NCBI RefSeq assembly: GCF_006345805.1
Contig: NC_043023.1
Span: 6,262,001-6,326,000, forward strand
DNA from: Octopus sinensis
Lineage: Eukaryota
DNA length: 64,000 bases
Direction: 5' to 3'
Below are positions 36,287-48,424 of this stretch, piece by piece. The position numbers and the translations under genes were made by a program. The notes beneath the pieces are model-generated. The model worked only from the letters and a program-made list of their open reading frames with translations. It ran no database searches and was not told where the DNA came from. Position 1 is the first letter of the stretch, and the number at the start of each line of letters is the position of its first letter.

Positions 36287-36361
36287 GTAAAGCAGATCTT
36301 TATTTATTTACTGGTTTTTTATTTTGGTTTGAGAGTGTACAGAGGTCTACACATATAGATA

Positions 36362-36742
36362 CTCTCTCTTTTACTCTTTTACTTGTTTCAGTCATTTGAC
36401 TGCGGCCATGCTGGAGCACCGCCTTTAGTAAAGCAAATCGACACCGGGACTTATTCTTTTGTAAGCCCAGTACTTATTCTATCGGTCTCTTTTGCCGAAC
36501 CGCTAAGTGATGGGGACGTAAACACACCAGCATCGGTTGTCAAGCAATGCTGGGGGAACAAACATATACACACACATACACATATATATATATACATATA
36601 TACGACAGGCTTCTTTCAGTTTCTGTCTACCAAATCCACTCACAAGGCTTTGGTTGGCCTGAGGCTATAGTAGAAGACACTTGCCCAAGATGCCACGCAT
36701 CTGGGGCTGGTTAGCAAGTTACTTACCACACAGCCACTCCTG
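36362..36742 (-). mobile_element. SINE family A
   Basis: Reverse copy. Confidence 0.85.
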
Positions 36743-36939
36743 CGCGCGCACACACACGCACATATTTATAGAAGTGTGTATATGTGGCTATGTGGTAAGA
36801 AGCTTGCATTCCAACCACATGTGTCCAGGTTTAGTCCCACTGTGTATCACATTGGTAAGTGCTTTCTACTATAGCTTTGGCTGACCAAAGCCTTGTGAGT
36901 GGCTTTGGTAGATGGAAACAGAAAGAAGCCCATTGTATA

Positions 36940-37420
36940 TCATCATCATCATTTAATGTCTGTTTGTCATGCTGGCATGGGTTGGACAGTTTCACAGGAG
37001 CTGACCAGCTGAAGGGCTGTTCAGGCTCCCGGTCTGTTTTGGCATGGTTTCTACTACGGAATGCCCTTCCTAATGCCAACCATTTTACAGAATGTACTGG
37101 GTGATTATACACAACACTGGCATGGGTGCTTTTTATGCGGTTCCAGCACCTGCAAGCCCACAAGATTAGGGATACTCAACTGGAAGGGGTTGCAAGGGCA
37201 ACCACACTTTGACTTAGCTTAACATGTCTTTTCAAGCACAGCAAACTGCCAGGAGTCTCTGTCCCCTGTCAACCCTTCTGTGAGCCCCAATGTCTGTAGA
37301 TCCTTTCTTGTGATTTTGTCCCACATCTTCCTGGGTCTACCCCTTCCGTATATTCCCTCCACAATTAGAAATTGGCAATTCTTGACGCAACAGTCTTTGT
37401 TCATATGCATTAAATGGCCA
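36940..37420 (-). pseudogene. RTE LINE ORF2 end plus 3'-UTR
   Basis: GRGRPRKMWD...GLTEGLTGDRDSWQFAVLEKT, then a UTR ending in (gat)n. Confidence 0.8.
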
Positions 37421-37762
37421 TACCTATTTCTTTACTACCCAGAAGGGGCTAAACACAGAGGGGACGAACAAGGACAGACAAATGTATTAAGTCGGTTACA
37501 TTGACCCCAGTGAGTAACTGGTACTTATTTAATCGACCCCGAAAGGATGAAAGGCAAAGTCGACCTCGGCGGAATTTGAACTCAGAACGTAATACCAGAC
37601 GAAATACGGCTACACATTTCTCCCGGCGTGCTAATGTTTCTGCCAGCTCACCGCAGTCTTCTCTCTTGCACACTACATCTGATGTCTTGTGTTATGTTTT
37701 AATACACACTTATCCATGTGAAAACTCATCCAGCAATAATATAATGAATATATGAGCAATAT

Positions 37763-37959
37763 TAATACTTATTGCCAAGCTATCATAGCAGTCCAGAAAA
37801 ATAGGACGAATGCTGCTGTTGATTAGCTCCAAGAGGCCATCGCCTCTAGCTAGCTATGTGACACACGAACAGCTAGAGGTGATGGCCTCTTGGAGCTAAT
37901 CAACAGCAGCATTTGTCCTATTTTTCTGGACTGCTATGATAGCTTGGCAATAAGTATTA
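37763..37959. mobile_element. ~197-bp near-perfect hairpin (MITE-like, TA flanks)
   Basis: Arms of about 90 bp with 2-3 mismatches and a loop of about 17 nt. Confidence 0.85.
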
Positions 37960-38094
37960 GACTAGTGAGACCATAACCCGTGGCCTCTACATGGGATATA
38001 GCCAGTCGACTTATGCATACCTTTCCTTCTTAGGACACAAAACTCCACTTGTGAAGACCCGTTGAGGCAAGTGGAAATCAGAACCAAAATCGAA

Positions 38095-39480
38095 GTCGAC
38101 CAACATGAATGGAAATTGCAGCTGTGATACCAGTGCCGGTGGCACGTAAGCGAACCATCCGATTTGGCCGCCCCGACTGGCCTCCGTGCCGGTGGCACGT
38201 AAAAGGCACCCACTACACTCACGGAGTGGTTGGCATTAGGAAGGACATCCAGCCATAGAAACACTGCCAGATCAGAGTGGGCCTGGTGCAGCCTTCTGGT
38301 TTTCCAGACCCCAGTTGAATCGTCCAACCCATGCTAGCATGGAAAGCGGACGCTAAATGATGATATATAAGCAATATATACTCAAAAATACATGCTGGTT
38401 GAAGCAGAACCCCAAAAATCCATCTGCTAAAACAAAGCAGTATGCAAATTAGAAGAACTATTATTTGTACAAATTAACAAAATACAAATACATTTACTAA
38501 ACAAGGCAAAAGTCACCAAACTCAGTTCGATACCTGGTCAGAACAGAACTGAATTAGAACAATATAACACCCTGTATCCTTAGTTTTTCTCTCGAATCAC
38601 TGTCGTATATGCACACTGACATTATATTTCTTTATTGCCCACAGGGGGATAAACATAGAGGGGACAAACAAGGACAGACAAAGGGATTAAGTCGATTACA
38701 TCGACCCCAGTGCGTAACTGGTACTTATTTAATCGACCCCGAAAAGATGAAAGGCAAAGTCGACCATGGCAGAATTTGAACTCAGAAAATAGTAGCAGAC
38801 GAAATACCACTAAGCATTTGGTTCAGTGTGCTAACGATTCTACCAGCTTGCCACCCTATGCACACTGAAATTACCCATCCAGTGAAGCATACTGGCTTCA
38901 TCATCATCATCATCATCGTTTAGCATCCGCTTTCCATGCTGGCATGCGTTGGACGGTGCAACTGGGGTCTGGGAAGCCAGAAGGCTGCACCAGGCCCAGT
39001 CTGATCTGGCAATGTTTCTACGGCTGGATGCCCTTCCTAACGCCAACCATACCATGAGCGTAGTGGGTGCTTTTTACGTGCCAGGCGAGGCTGGCAATGG
39101 CCACGTTCGGATGGTTCACTTATGTGCCACCGGCACTAGTATCACATCTACAATTTCCATTGATGTTGATCGATTTTGATTTTCACTTGCCTCAACAGGT
39201 CTTCACAAGTAGAGTTTTGTGTCCCAAGAAGGAAAGGTATGCATAAGTGGACTGAGGCCATGGCTTACGGTCTCACTTGTCCTGCCGGGTCTTCTCACGC
39301 ACAGCATACTTCCAAAGGTCTCGGTCATTTCTCTCAAACCTTTGCATATCCTCAATAGTCATAGCCCATGTCTCACTGCCATGTGGCATAGCTATATGTA
39401 CACAGACATCACACAGTCTGCCCTTCACTCTGAGGGCGAGACGCTTAGCTTCAAACAGAGGTAGTAGCTCTCTGAACCTT
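38095..39480. mobile_element. Cluster of RTE 3'-UTR fragments (38095-38365 +, 38895-39480 -) and a SINE B (38612-38858 -)
   Basis: tggcattaggaagg.catccagc motif, (gat)n tails and gtgagaagacccgg ORF end. Confidence 0.75.
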
Positions 39481-39678
39481 TGCCCAGCCTATTCTTATTC
39501 TAGCAGCTACGCTTTTTGGAGAAACCTCCCAAAATCTTACATGTTTTCAGTATGTGTTGTCTTAGTTCCTCTCAGAACTGAGACTAAGGCTAAAAAGACA
39601 CATACTGTTAGTATTCTATTATTCTGCTATTCCCTTATTCCACAGTCTCTTTATTCCAGTATATTCTTCTATTTCTAG

Positions 39679-40170
39679 GTCCTTGACCGGACCCTGCCTG
39701 TTATCACACCTGACCTCCAAGAACTTGCTGACCCACCAAAAGAAGGTATTCGCTACATGTGGCTTGGACATGCGACCACACTGGTGCAATTAGATGGGGT
39801 CACCATACTCACTGACCCGGTCTTTAGTGAACGGTGTTCATTTGTTCAGTTTGCGGGGCCGAAGCGCTTTCGTCCCTTGCCCCTGAGCATAAGCGACCTG
39901 CCCCGAGTGGATGTCGTCCTCATCAGCCATAATCACTACGACCACCTCGACTATGACACGGTCGTGGCCCTGCGTGAGAAGTTCGGCGCTAAGCTCACCT
40001 GGTTTGTGCCGGCCGGCAATGGCAGGTGGATGCGAGAAACAGGGCGCTGCAAGAACGTCAAAGAGCTGAGCTGGTGGGAGAGCTCAGAGGTGCCGGACCA
40101 CCCGGAGGTGCGCATCGTGTGTACCCCGTGTCAGCATTGGAGCAGGAGGGGAGTCAACGACACCAACAGG
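39679..40170 (+). CDS. NAPEPLD: NAPE-PLD exon with metallo-beta-lactamase HxHxDH motif
   Basis: tttctag|GTC...AGG|gtatgt, 492 nt. Contains WLGHAT, LTDPVFSER, GPKRFR and SHNHYDHLD (Zn-binding motif), plus TPCQHW. Confidence 0.95.
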
Positions 40171-40294
40171 GTATGTTGTATGTGGTATCATCATCATTAT
40201 CACTATCATCACCACTGTGATCATTGTCATCACCATCATCATCATCATCATCATCATCATCATTATTGTCATCATCTCTGGTCATCGTTTTTAT

Positions 40295-40728
40295 TACTAT
40301 TCTTTTATTCGTTTTAGTCATTTGACTGTGGCCATGCTGGAGCACCGCCTTTAGTCGAGCAAATCAACCCCAGGACTTATTCTTTGTAAGCCTAGTACTT
40401 ATTCTATCGGTCTCTTATGCCAAACCGCTAAGTGTCTGGGACGCAAACACACCAGCATTGGTTGTCAAGCAATGGTAGCGGGACAAACACAGACACACAA
40501 ACATATACACACACATACATACATATATATATATATATTATATATATATATATACATACATATATACGACGGGCTTCTTTCAGTTTCTGTCTACCAAATC
40601 CACTCACAAGGCTTTGGTTGGCCCGAGGCTATAGTAGAAGACACTTGCCCAAGATGCCACGCGGTGGGACTGAACCCGGAACCATGTGGTTGGTAAGCAA
40701 GCTACCTACCACACAGCCACTCCTGCGC
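40295..40728 (-). mobile_element. SINE family A
   Basis: Reverse full-length copy. Confidence 0.88.
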
Positions 40729-41133
40729 CTATAATCATCATCTTCATTGCCATTATCATCACTGACAACACCTTCATCACCGTAATTGACATTGTCATCA
40801 TCATCATCATTATCTATTCTCTCTCTCTCTTTCATGCACACTCTCCCCCTTATCCTTGCACTCTCATTCTCTCACAGATTCTCCTCTCTCTTTTTTTCTT
40901 ATTCTCATACTCTCTCTCTTTCACACACTCTCTTACCTTTATGCTCTCTCTCTCTCTCTCTCTTTCACACACACTCTCTCACCCGCAATCATACTTTCTG
41001 TCACTCCCACTCTCACTCACCATCTCTTACCCTCACTCTTACACTCTCATCCACTCCCTCTTTCTTTCACCCTCACAATATCTCCCCCCTCTCTCTCTAA
41101 CCCTCACATCCTCTTCCTCTCCTTTCTTTCCAG

Positions 41134-41282
41134 GCCCTGTGGAGCAGCTGGAGTGTGCTGGGACCAACCCAGAATTACTTCTTCACAGGGGACACAGGCT
41201 ACTGCGCAGCATTCAAGCAAATTGGGGCAGAATATGGCCCCTTTTCTCTTGCTGCTATCCCTATAGGCTCCTTTGAACCAAG
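41134..41282 (+). CDS. NAPEPLD: NAPE-PLD exon ([10 protein letters not shown]...FFTGDTGY...IPIGSFEPR)
   Basis: ttccag|GCC...CCA AG|gtaagt, 149 nt, ends in phase 2. Contains the GDTGY and IPIG.(Y/F)EPR motifs. Confidence 0.95.
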
Positions 41283-41394
41283 GTAAGTAAACAATTGGTG
41301 GTGATGGCAGTGATGGTAATGGTATTACGGGTGGTCCCATAGTACAAATTTCCTGTTTTAAAGACCTTAATTCAAGCCTTCCATCTCTATCTAA

Positions 41395-42514
41395 TCTATA
41401 TATATAAAATCCGTTCTGTCTGTCTGTGTGTGTGTCTTCTAGGATCTCAGGCATCCTCCATCCGATTGCGCTCAAATTTGATATGTAGATACCAACGGTA
41501 TCAGGGTGTGTATAAGTCTTGGAAAAATTACAAAAATCGATTCCAGGTGAGAATGCGATCGAAAAAGTGAATAAAATCGTTTTTCTTTGGAATAGAAAAA
41601 ACGTCCATCTTTATTTCTTCTTTAGCTAGTGTCTCAAATTTAGGTTAAATCAGTGTTTCTCAAAGGGGAGGCCTATGGGACGGTCGGACAAGTTGGTTTG
41701 AGAAAATTTGGTTTAAATGTTTGACAACTCAGCACCGTCCATTGGACGGGGGGCGTTTTGCTTGTATATGTATATATAAAATCTGTTGTGTCTGTGTGTG
41801 TGTCTTCTAGGATCTCAGGCATTCTCCATCCGATTGCGCTCAAATTTGATTTGTAGATACCGACGACATCAGGGCGTGTATAAGTTTTGAAAAAATTACA
41901 AAAATCGATTCCAAAAATGCGATCGATAAAGCCATGGGAACGTGCATTTGTACGCACAAGTGGCTGTGTGGTATGTAGCTTGCTTACCAGCCACATGGTT
42001 CCGGGTTCAGTCCCACTGCGTGGCATCTTGGGCAACTGTCTTCTGCTATATCCCCGGGCCCACCAATGCCTTGTGAGTGGATTTGGTAGACGGAAATTGA
42101 AAGAAGCCTGTCATATGTATATATATATATGTGTGTTTGTCCCCCTAGCATTGCTTGACAACCGATGCTGGTGTGTTTATGTCCCTGTTACTTAGTGGTT
42201 CGGCAAGAAGAGACCGATAGAATAAGTACTGGGCTTACAAAGAATAAGTCCTGGGGTCGATTTGCTCGACTAAAGGCGGTGCTCCAGCATGGCCACAGTC
42301 AAATTACTGAAACAAGTAAAAGAGAGAGTAAAAGAGTGCAAGTACATCAGCTGTTGCGATCGATACTATGCATATGCAGTTTGTGCAAAAAAAGCTGGCT
42401 GGCTTGAAATAATGCCACAAAATGGGACGGTTGGACAAGTTGTTTTGATAAAATTTGGTTTAAATGTTTGACAACTCAGCACCGTCCATTGGACAGGGTG
42501 GGGCATTTTGCTCA
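41395..42514 (+). mobile_element. Two head-to-tail non-autonomous Helitrons (second interrupted by SINE A at ~41958-42330)
   Basis: TCTATATATATAAAATCC start; 3' hairpin ccgtccattggacgg followed by CTTG/CTCA; unit repeated from ~41766. Confidence 0.75.
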
Positions 42515-42873
42515 TATACAATATAGTTGTATTAATGACTAGCTTTTGTTGTTTAGCCCCAGGTCATTCCTGAACCAGAAGACCTATAATCAAACATGCT
42601 CCAATTGTGACCTTTCCATCTCTTATTCAGACAGTGTATCTAGGACTATATTATCTAATGTACTGTATAGTAGTTAGTATTAGTGACTAGTTATTGCTTA
42701 ACCCCAGGTCAGTCCTGATTCAGCAGATCAATGGTAAGCAAGCTACTTACCACACAGCCACTCCTACACCTAATGACAAAATTATTTTACTAAATTTTTC
42801 AATATCTTTCAAAATGAAGTGAAAGAAAGTCCGTGTGTGTTTCAAAACATGTAAAAAAGAAAAAAAGTGTTAA

Positions 42874-43585
42874 CCCTTTCATTACTATATTTCTGTTGAG
42901 ATGCTCTGTGTTTCTTTCAATTAATTTTAAATATAACAAAGAATTAGGTAAAATAACTCAGTTATCATTAAGCTAGTGTTAGGAACATAAATTGTGGCTA
43001 AGGTTTGGTGGAAGATTTTTATTCAAAACTTATGAAAACAAGACATTTGTACTACAAAGACAGAGCTGGTTTCAGCTGGGATGATATCAAAAGGGCTAAA
43101 AATATCATGGTGACTTTAGCCCTTTCATTACTGTATTCCTGTTGAGATGCTCTGTGTTTCTTTCAATTAATTTTAAATATAACAAAGAATTAGGTAAAAT
43201 AACTCAGTTATCATTAAGCTAGTGTTAGGAACATAAATTGTGGCTAAGGTTTGGTGGAAGATTTTTATTCAAAACTTATGAAAACAAGACATTTGTACTA
43301 CAAAGACAGAGCTGGTTTCAGCTGGGATGATATCAAAAGGGCTAAAAATATCATGGTGACTTTAGCCCTTTCATTACTGTATTCCTGTTGAGATGCTCTG
43401 TGTTTCTTTCAATTACTTTAAATATAACAAAGAATTAGGTAAAATAACTCAGTTATCATTCAGCCAGTGTTAGGAACATAAATTGTGACTAAGGTTTGGT
43501 GGAAGATTTTAATGCAAAACTTATGAAAACAAGACATTTGTACTCAGAGCCAGAACCGGTTTCAGCCGGGTTGGTAACAAAAGGG
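42874..43585. mobile_element. Three tandem copies of a piggyBac-type MITE (period 246 bp)
   Basis: TTAA|CCCTTT at 42870-42879 and AAAGGG|TTAA at 43580-43589. Units start at 42874, 43120 and 43366. Confidence 0.85.
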
Positions 43586-43789
43586 TTAAAGAATATTAAG
43601 TTAAAGCTTATTATACACGGCAATGTGCCTGCTCTCTTTTTCAAGCCTCAGACGGGCTCATCTTCCTATAAGAAACATCAAAAATGCAGGAGAATGAAAT
43701 TCAGAGTGAATCTTCATGTAAAGGGAAATGACTTCTGCAAGACGTCTAATTTTTGTTATTTTATATTTCTGTGCTAAGTTTTGAATGAT

Positions 43790-44489
43790 ATTCTCTTTTC
43801 TCTTACTCTTTTACTTGTTTCAGTCATTTGACTGCGGCCATGCTGGAGCACCGCCTTTAATCGAGCAACTCGACTCCGGGACTTATTCTTTTGTAAGCCC
43901 AGTACTTATTCTATCGGTCTGTTTTGCCGAACCGCTAAGTGACGGGGACGTAAACACACCAGCATCGGTTGTCAAGCAGTGCTAGGGGTACAAACACAGA
44001 CACACATACATATATATGACGGGCTTCTTTCAGTTTCCATCTACCAAATCCACTCACAAGGCTTTGGTTGGCCTGAGGCTGTAGTAGAAGACACTTGCCC
44101 AAAGTGCCATGCAGTGGGACTGAACCTGGAACCATGTGGTTGATAAGCAAGGTACTTACCACACAGCCACTCCTGCGCGATGAGGAGATATGAGGAAAAC
44201 ATTAAACTACATCTATTGGTGAGGCTCCAGCTGGGGAGTTCAAGAGTTTAAGCCTTTTTTTACCATGTTTTTGTTTCAATACATTGACTTTGTTTTGATA
44301 AATTCTGAAAAATTTAGTGAAAATATAGGCACAGGAGTGGCTGTGTGGTAAGTAGCTTGTTTACCAACCACATGGTTCTGGGTTCAGTCCCACTGCGTGG
44401 TACCTTGGGCAAGTGTCTTCTACTATAGCCTCGGGCCGACCAAAGCCTTGTGAGTGAATTTGGTAGACGGAAACTGAAAGAAGCCCATC

Positions 44490-44530
<41 letters not shown>

Positions 44531-44730
44531 TGTGTGTGTTTGTCCCCCTAGCATTGCTTGACAACCGATGCTGGTGTGTTTACGTCCCCGTCACTTAGCG
44601 GGGTTCGGCAGAAGAGACCAATAGAATAAGTACTGGGCTTACAAAGAATAAGTCCTGGGGTTGAGTTGCTCGACTAAAGGTGGTGCTCCAGCATGGCCGC
44701 AGTCAAATGACTGAAACAAGAAAAAGAGTA
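43790..44730. mobile_element. Head-to-head pair of SINE A copies (43790-44178 -, 44326-44730 +)
   Basis: Two full-length copies in opposite orientation. Confidence 0.85.
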
Positions 44731-44889
44731 GAGTAAACATCTTTGCCATTATTAAGCTGGTGTTTGGAACAAATTAATATGAAATGTTGATAGAAAGTTT
44801 TAATTTAAATCAATTTAACCCTTGTTGTTGTTGGTGGTGGTTTCAGATTTAGTAATTAACTGGTGCCTTATTTTATAATATTGTTCATC

Positions 44890-45500
44890 ATCGTCATTGT
44901 TTAACGTCTGCTTTCCATGCTAGCATGGGTTGGGCGATTTAACTGAGGAATGGTGAACCGGATGGCTGCACCAGGCTCCAATCTGATCTGGCAGAGTATC
45001 TACTGCTGGATGCCCTTCCTAACGCCAACCACTCCGTGAGTGTAGTGGGTGCTTTTTATGTGCCACCGGCACAGGTGCCAGATGGAGCTGGCAAACAGCC
45101 AAGATCGGATGGTGCTTTTTACATGCCACCGGCACAGGTGCTAGACGAGGCTGGCAACGGCCACAAATGGATGGTGCTTTTTACGTGCCAGGCGTGGCTG
45201 GCAATGGCCACGATCGGATTGGTGCTTTTTACGTGCCAGGCGTGGCTGGCAATGGCCACGATCGGATTGGTGCTTTTTACGTGCCAGGCGTGGCTGGCAA
45301 TGGCCACGATCGGATTGGTGCTTTTTGTGTGCCAGGCGAGGCTGGCAACGGCCACGATCAGATGGTGCTTTTTACGTACCACCGGCACGAGGCCAGTCGG
45401 GGCGGTGTTGGCAACGGCCACATTTGGATGGTTCTCTTACATACCACCGGCACTGGTATCTCTTATGTACCACTGGTATCACAGCTGCAATTTCCATTGT
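44890..45500 (-). mobile_element. RTE 3'-UTR with internal 46-bp minisatellite
   Basis: atcggattggtgctttttacgtgccaggcgtggctggcaatggccacg repeated about 4 times at 45170-45360. Confidence 0.8.
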
Positions 45501-45546
45501 CACATTATGTAATAATAATAATAATAATCACTATGTTCTGTTGTAG

Positions 45547-45661
45547 GTGGATGATGAGGCCCCAACATGTTGATCCTGCTGAAGCTGTGTTGATACACCA
45601 AGATATTCGATCAAAACAATCATTTGGTATCCACTGGGGTACTTTCAAGTTGGCTTCCGAG
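45547..45661 (+). CDS. NAPEPLD: NAPE-PLD exon (WMMRPQHVDPAEAV...IHWGTFKLASE)
   Basis: ttgtag|G...GAG|gtactc, 115 nt. Contains the QHVDP.EA and IHWGTF motifs. Confidence 0.95.
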
Positions 45662-45849
45662 GTACTCTTAACTCTTTATCACTTGTTATTCTTGATGTTG
45701 TACACGTTTGTGTACAGACACTCACACACATACATATACACACACATAACATCCCCTCCAACACAAATATACACATGCACACATACAGACGCACATATGC
45801 GCACACACAGCACCATGACAAATACATGCGAACAAACATATGCACACAC

Positions 45850-46150
45850 TAACATTAACCACACACATATACACACACAAACGTGCACACATATACACAC
45901 ACCATCCTACCAAATATAAAACACATCTATTCACACCACAATAAACCCTGGGACCAATCAAAAACGGCCCACACACACAAACATAAGTATATATATATAT
46001 AATCAGCCGAAATTGCGAAGATGATCCGGTTCTTGACTGAAGATCGAAGGCTTTGAATGTCCCATCTGTTTTTTTGTATCGTATTCTAAATGTTTTGCGT
46101 TCTTGTCCCAGTTTCTGTTTTTTTACATTTACCTATATATATATATATAT

Positions 46151-46184
<34 letters not shown>

Positions 46185-46949
46185 CATTCTGACCTCCATA
46201 CAGACGCACATTTACGCACAGATGCACACACACACGTAACATCGCCACCAACACAAAATACACAAGAATACACACGCCCCCACAGATGCACACATACGAA
46301 CAAATGCATACACACACTAACAAACATTAACCACACACATATACACACACAAACGTGCACACATATACACACACCATCCTACCAAATATAAAACACATCT
46401 ATTCACACCACAATAAACCCTGGGACCAATCAAAAACGGCCCACACACACACAAACATAAGTATATATATATATAATCAGCCGAAATTGCGAAGATGATC
46501 CGGTTCTTGACTGAAGATCGAAGGCTTTGAATGTCCCATCTGTTTTTTTTTATCGTATTCTAAATGTTTTGCGTTCTTGTCCCAGTTTCTGTTTTTTTAC
46601 ATTTACCTATATATATATATATAATATATATATATATACATACACATACACACACACACACACCATTCTGACCTCCATACAGACGCACATTTACGCACAG
46701 ATGCACACACACACGTAACATCGCCACCAACACAAAATACACAAGAATACACACGCCCCCACAGATGCACACATACGAACAAATGCATACACACACTAAC
46801 AAACATTAACCACACACATACACACTCACAAACAAATGTGCACACATATACACACCCCATCCTACCAAATTTTACAAACACACACAGACACATCTATTTA
46901 CACCACAATAAACCCTGGGACCAATCAAAAATGGCCCACACACACAAAC

Positions 46950-46986
<37 letters not shown>

Positions 46987-46990
46987 CACA
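45850..46990. repeat. ~475-bp tandem duplication, ~2.5 copies
   Basis: ccctgggaccaatca at about 45946, 46418 and 46913; aatcagccgaaattgcg at about 46001 and 46475. Confidence 0.9.
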
Positions 46991-47262
46991 AAGACACACA
47001 CACTCACACCATTCTGACCTCTAAAGACCAATCCCCCAAATCATTGATAAACTGTTTTTAACATTTTCTTTAGAGTGTATATATATATTGTAATATTTTG
47101 TGACAACCAGTACCTCACACAACCAAGCTTTTACATGTTACTTTTGACAATCTTTTTCTAAACAAGGGAAACTGGTCAAGTAGATAAACATGTTTTAAAA
47201 TTGCATTTTCAAACCTTCTTTCATATATAATTCCACTTGTGCGGTACCTTACAACCCCACTT

Positions 47263-47296
<34 letters not shown>

Positions 47297-47693
47297 TATA
47301 TATATATATATATCTGGCTTCTGTGCCAGTGACACGTAAAAAGCACTATTTGAGCGTGAACATCTGTGTTGGCTTACTGACACTTGTGCTGGTGGCACAT
47401 GAAAAAACATTCGATCGAGGTCATTGCCAGTGCCGCTGGACTGGTTTCTGTGCAGGTGGCACATAAAAAGCATCATTTGTGCATGGCTGTTGCCAGTACC
47501 GCCTGAATGGCCCCCGTGCCAGTGGCACGTAAAAGCACCCACTTCACTCTTGGAGTGGTTGGTGTTAGGAAGGGCATCCAGCTGTAGAGACACTGCCAGA
47601 TCAAGATTGGATTCTGGTGCAGCCATTTGGTTCGCCAGTCCTCAGTCAAATCATCCAACCCATGCTAACATGGAAAGTGGACATTAAACGATG

Positions 47694-47748
<55 letters not shown>

Positions 47749-47771
47749 TGTATCTGTGATACAATAAACAT

Positions 47772-48190
47772 TAGGCGGCAAGCTGGCAGAATCGTTAGCA
47801 CGCCGGGCGGAATGCTAAGCGGTATTTCGTCTGCCGTTACGTTCTGAGTTCAAATTGCCTTTCATCCTTTCGGGGCCGATAAATTAAGTACCAGTTACGC
47901 ACTGGGGGGTCAATGTAATCGACTTAATCCGTTTGTCTGTCCTTGTTTGTCCCCTCTGAAATACCTATTTCTTTACTACCTACAAGGGGCTAAACACAGA
48001 GGGGACAAACAAGGACAGACAAACAGATTAAGTCGATTATATCAACCCCAGTGCGTAACTGGTACTTAATTTATCGACCCCGAAAGGATGAAAGGCAAAG
48101 TCAACCTCGGCGGAATTTGAACTCAGAACGTTGCGGCAGACGAAATACCGCTAAGCATTTCGCCCGGCGTGCTAACGTCTCTGCCAGCTC
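47772..48190. mobile_element. Tail-to-tail inverted pair of SINE B copies
   Basis: 47772-47955 (+) and 47960-48190 (-). Confidence 0.85.
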
Positions 48191-48307
48191 GACACATATA
48201 CATACCTCCATACTTTTGTTGACATTGGGTTGCATAAAAGCTATATAAATATCCTTCAGTCTTTTATTCTCAATGTCATTTGTCTGTCTGTCTCTCTCTT
48301 TCCACAG

Positions 48308-48424
48308 TTCTACATGGCACCAAAGGAGAAGCTGAAATCAGAACTGGAATCAAAGAAGGTTTCTGAGACAGAGTTTTTCACTGTGAAGCATGGAGAGATA
48401 CATTACGTGAGAGCAGAATCTTAG
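48308..48424 (+). CDS. NAPEPLD: NAPE-PLD last coding exon (FYMAPKEKL...FFTVKHGE...AES*)
   Basis: ccacag|TTC to TAG. FF.(V/L)KHGE is the NAPE-PLD C-terminal motif. Spliced CDS totals 1026 nt. Confidence 0.9.
   Translation, partial: FYMAPKEKLKSELESKKVSETEFFTVKHGEIHYVRAES

Noticed and set aside
45167-45919. 250-aa ORF with repeats fused to a NAPE-PLD segment
   Set aside because: Read-through of intronic minisatellite and CA repeats in frame with the true 115-nt exon; splice sites delimit 45547-45661.
46001-46070. CTGAAGA...GAATGTC motif in the 475-bp duplication (similar remnant at ~24520-24560)
   Set aside because: GAAA core and stem I complementarity are missing, so no foldable hammerhead.
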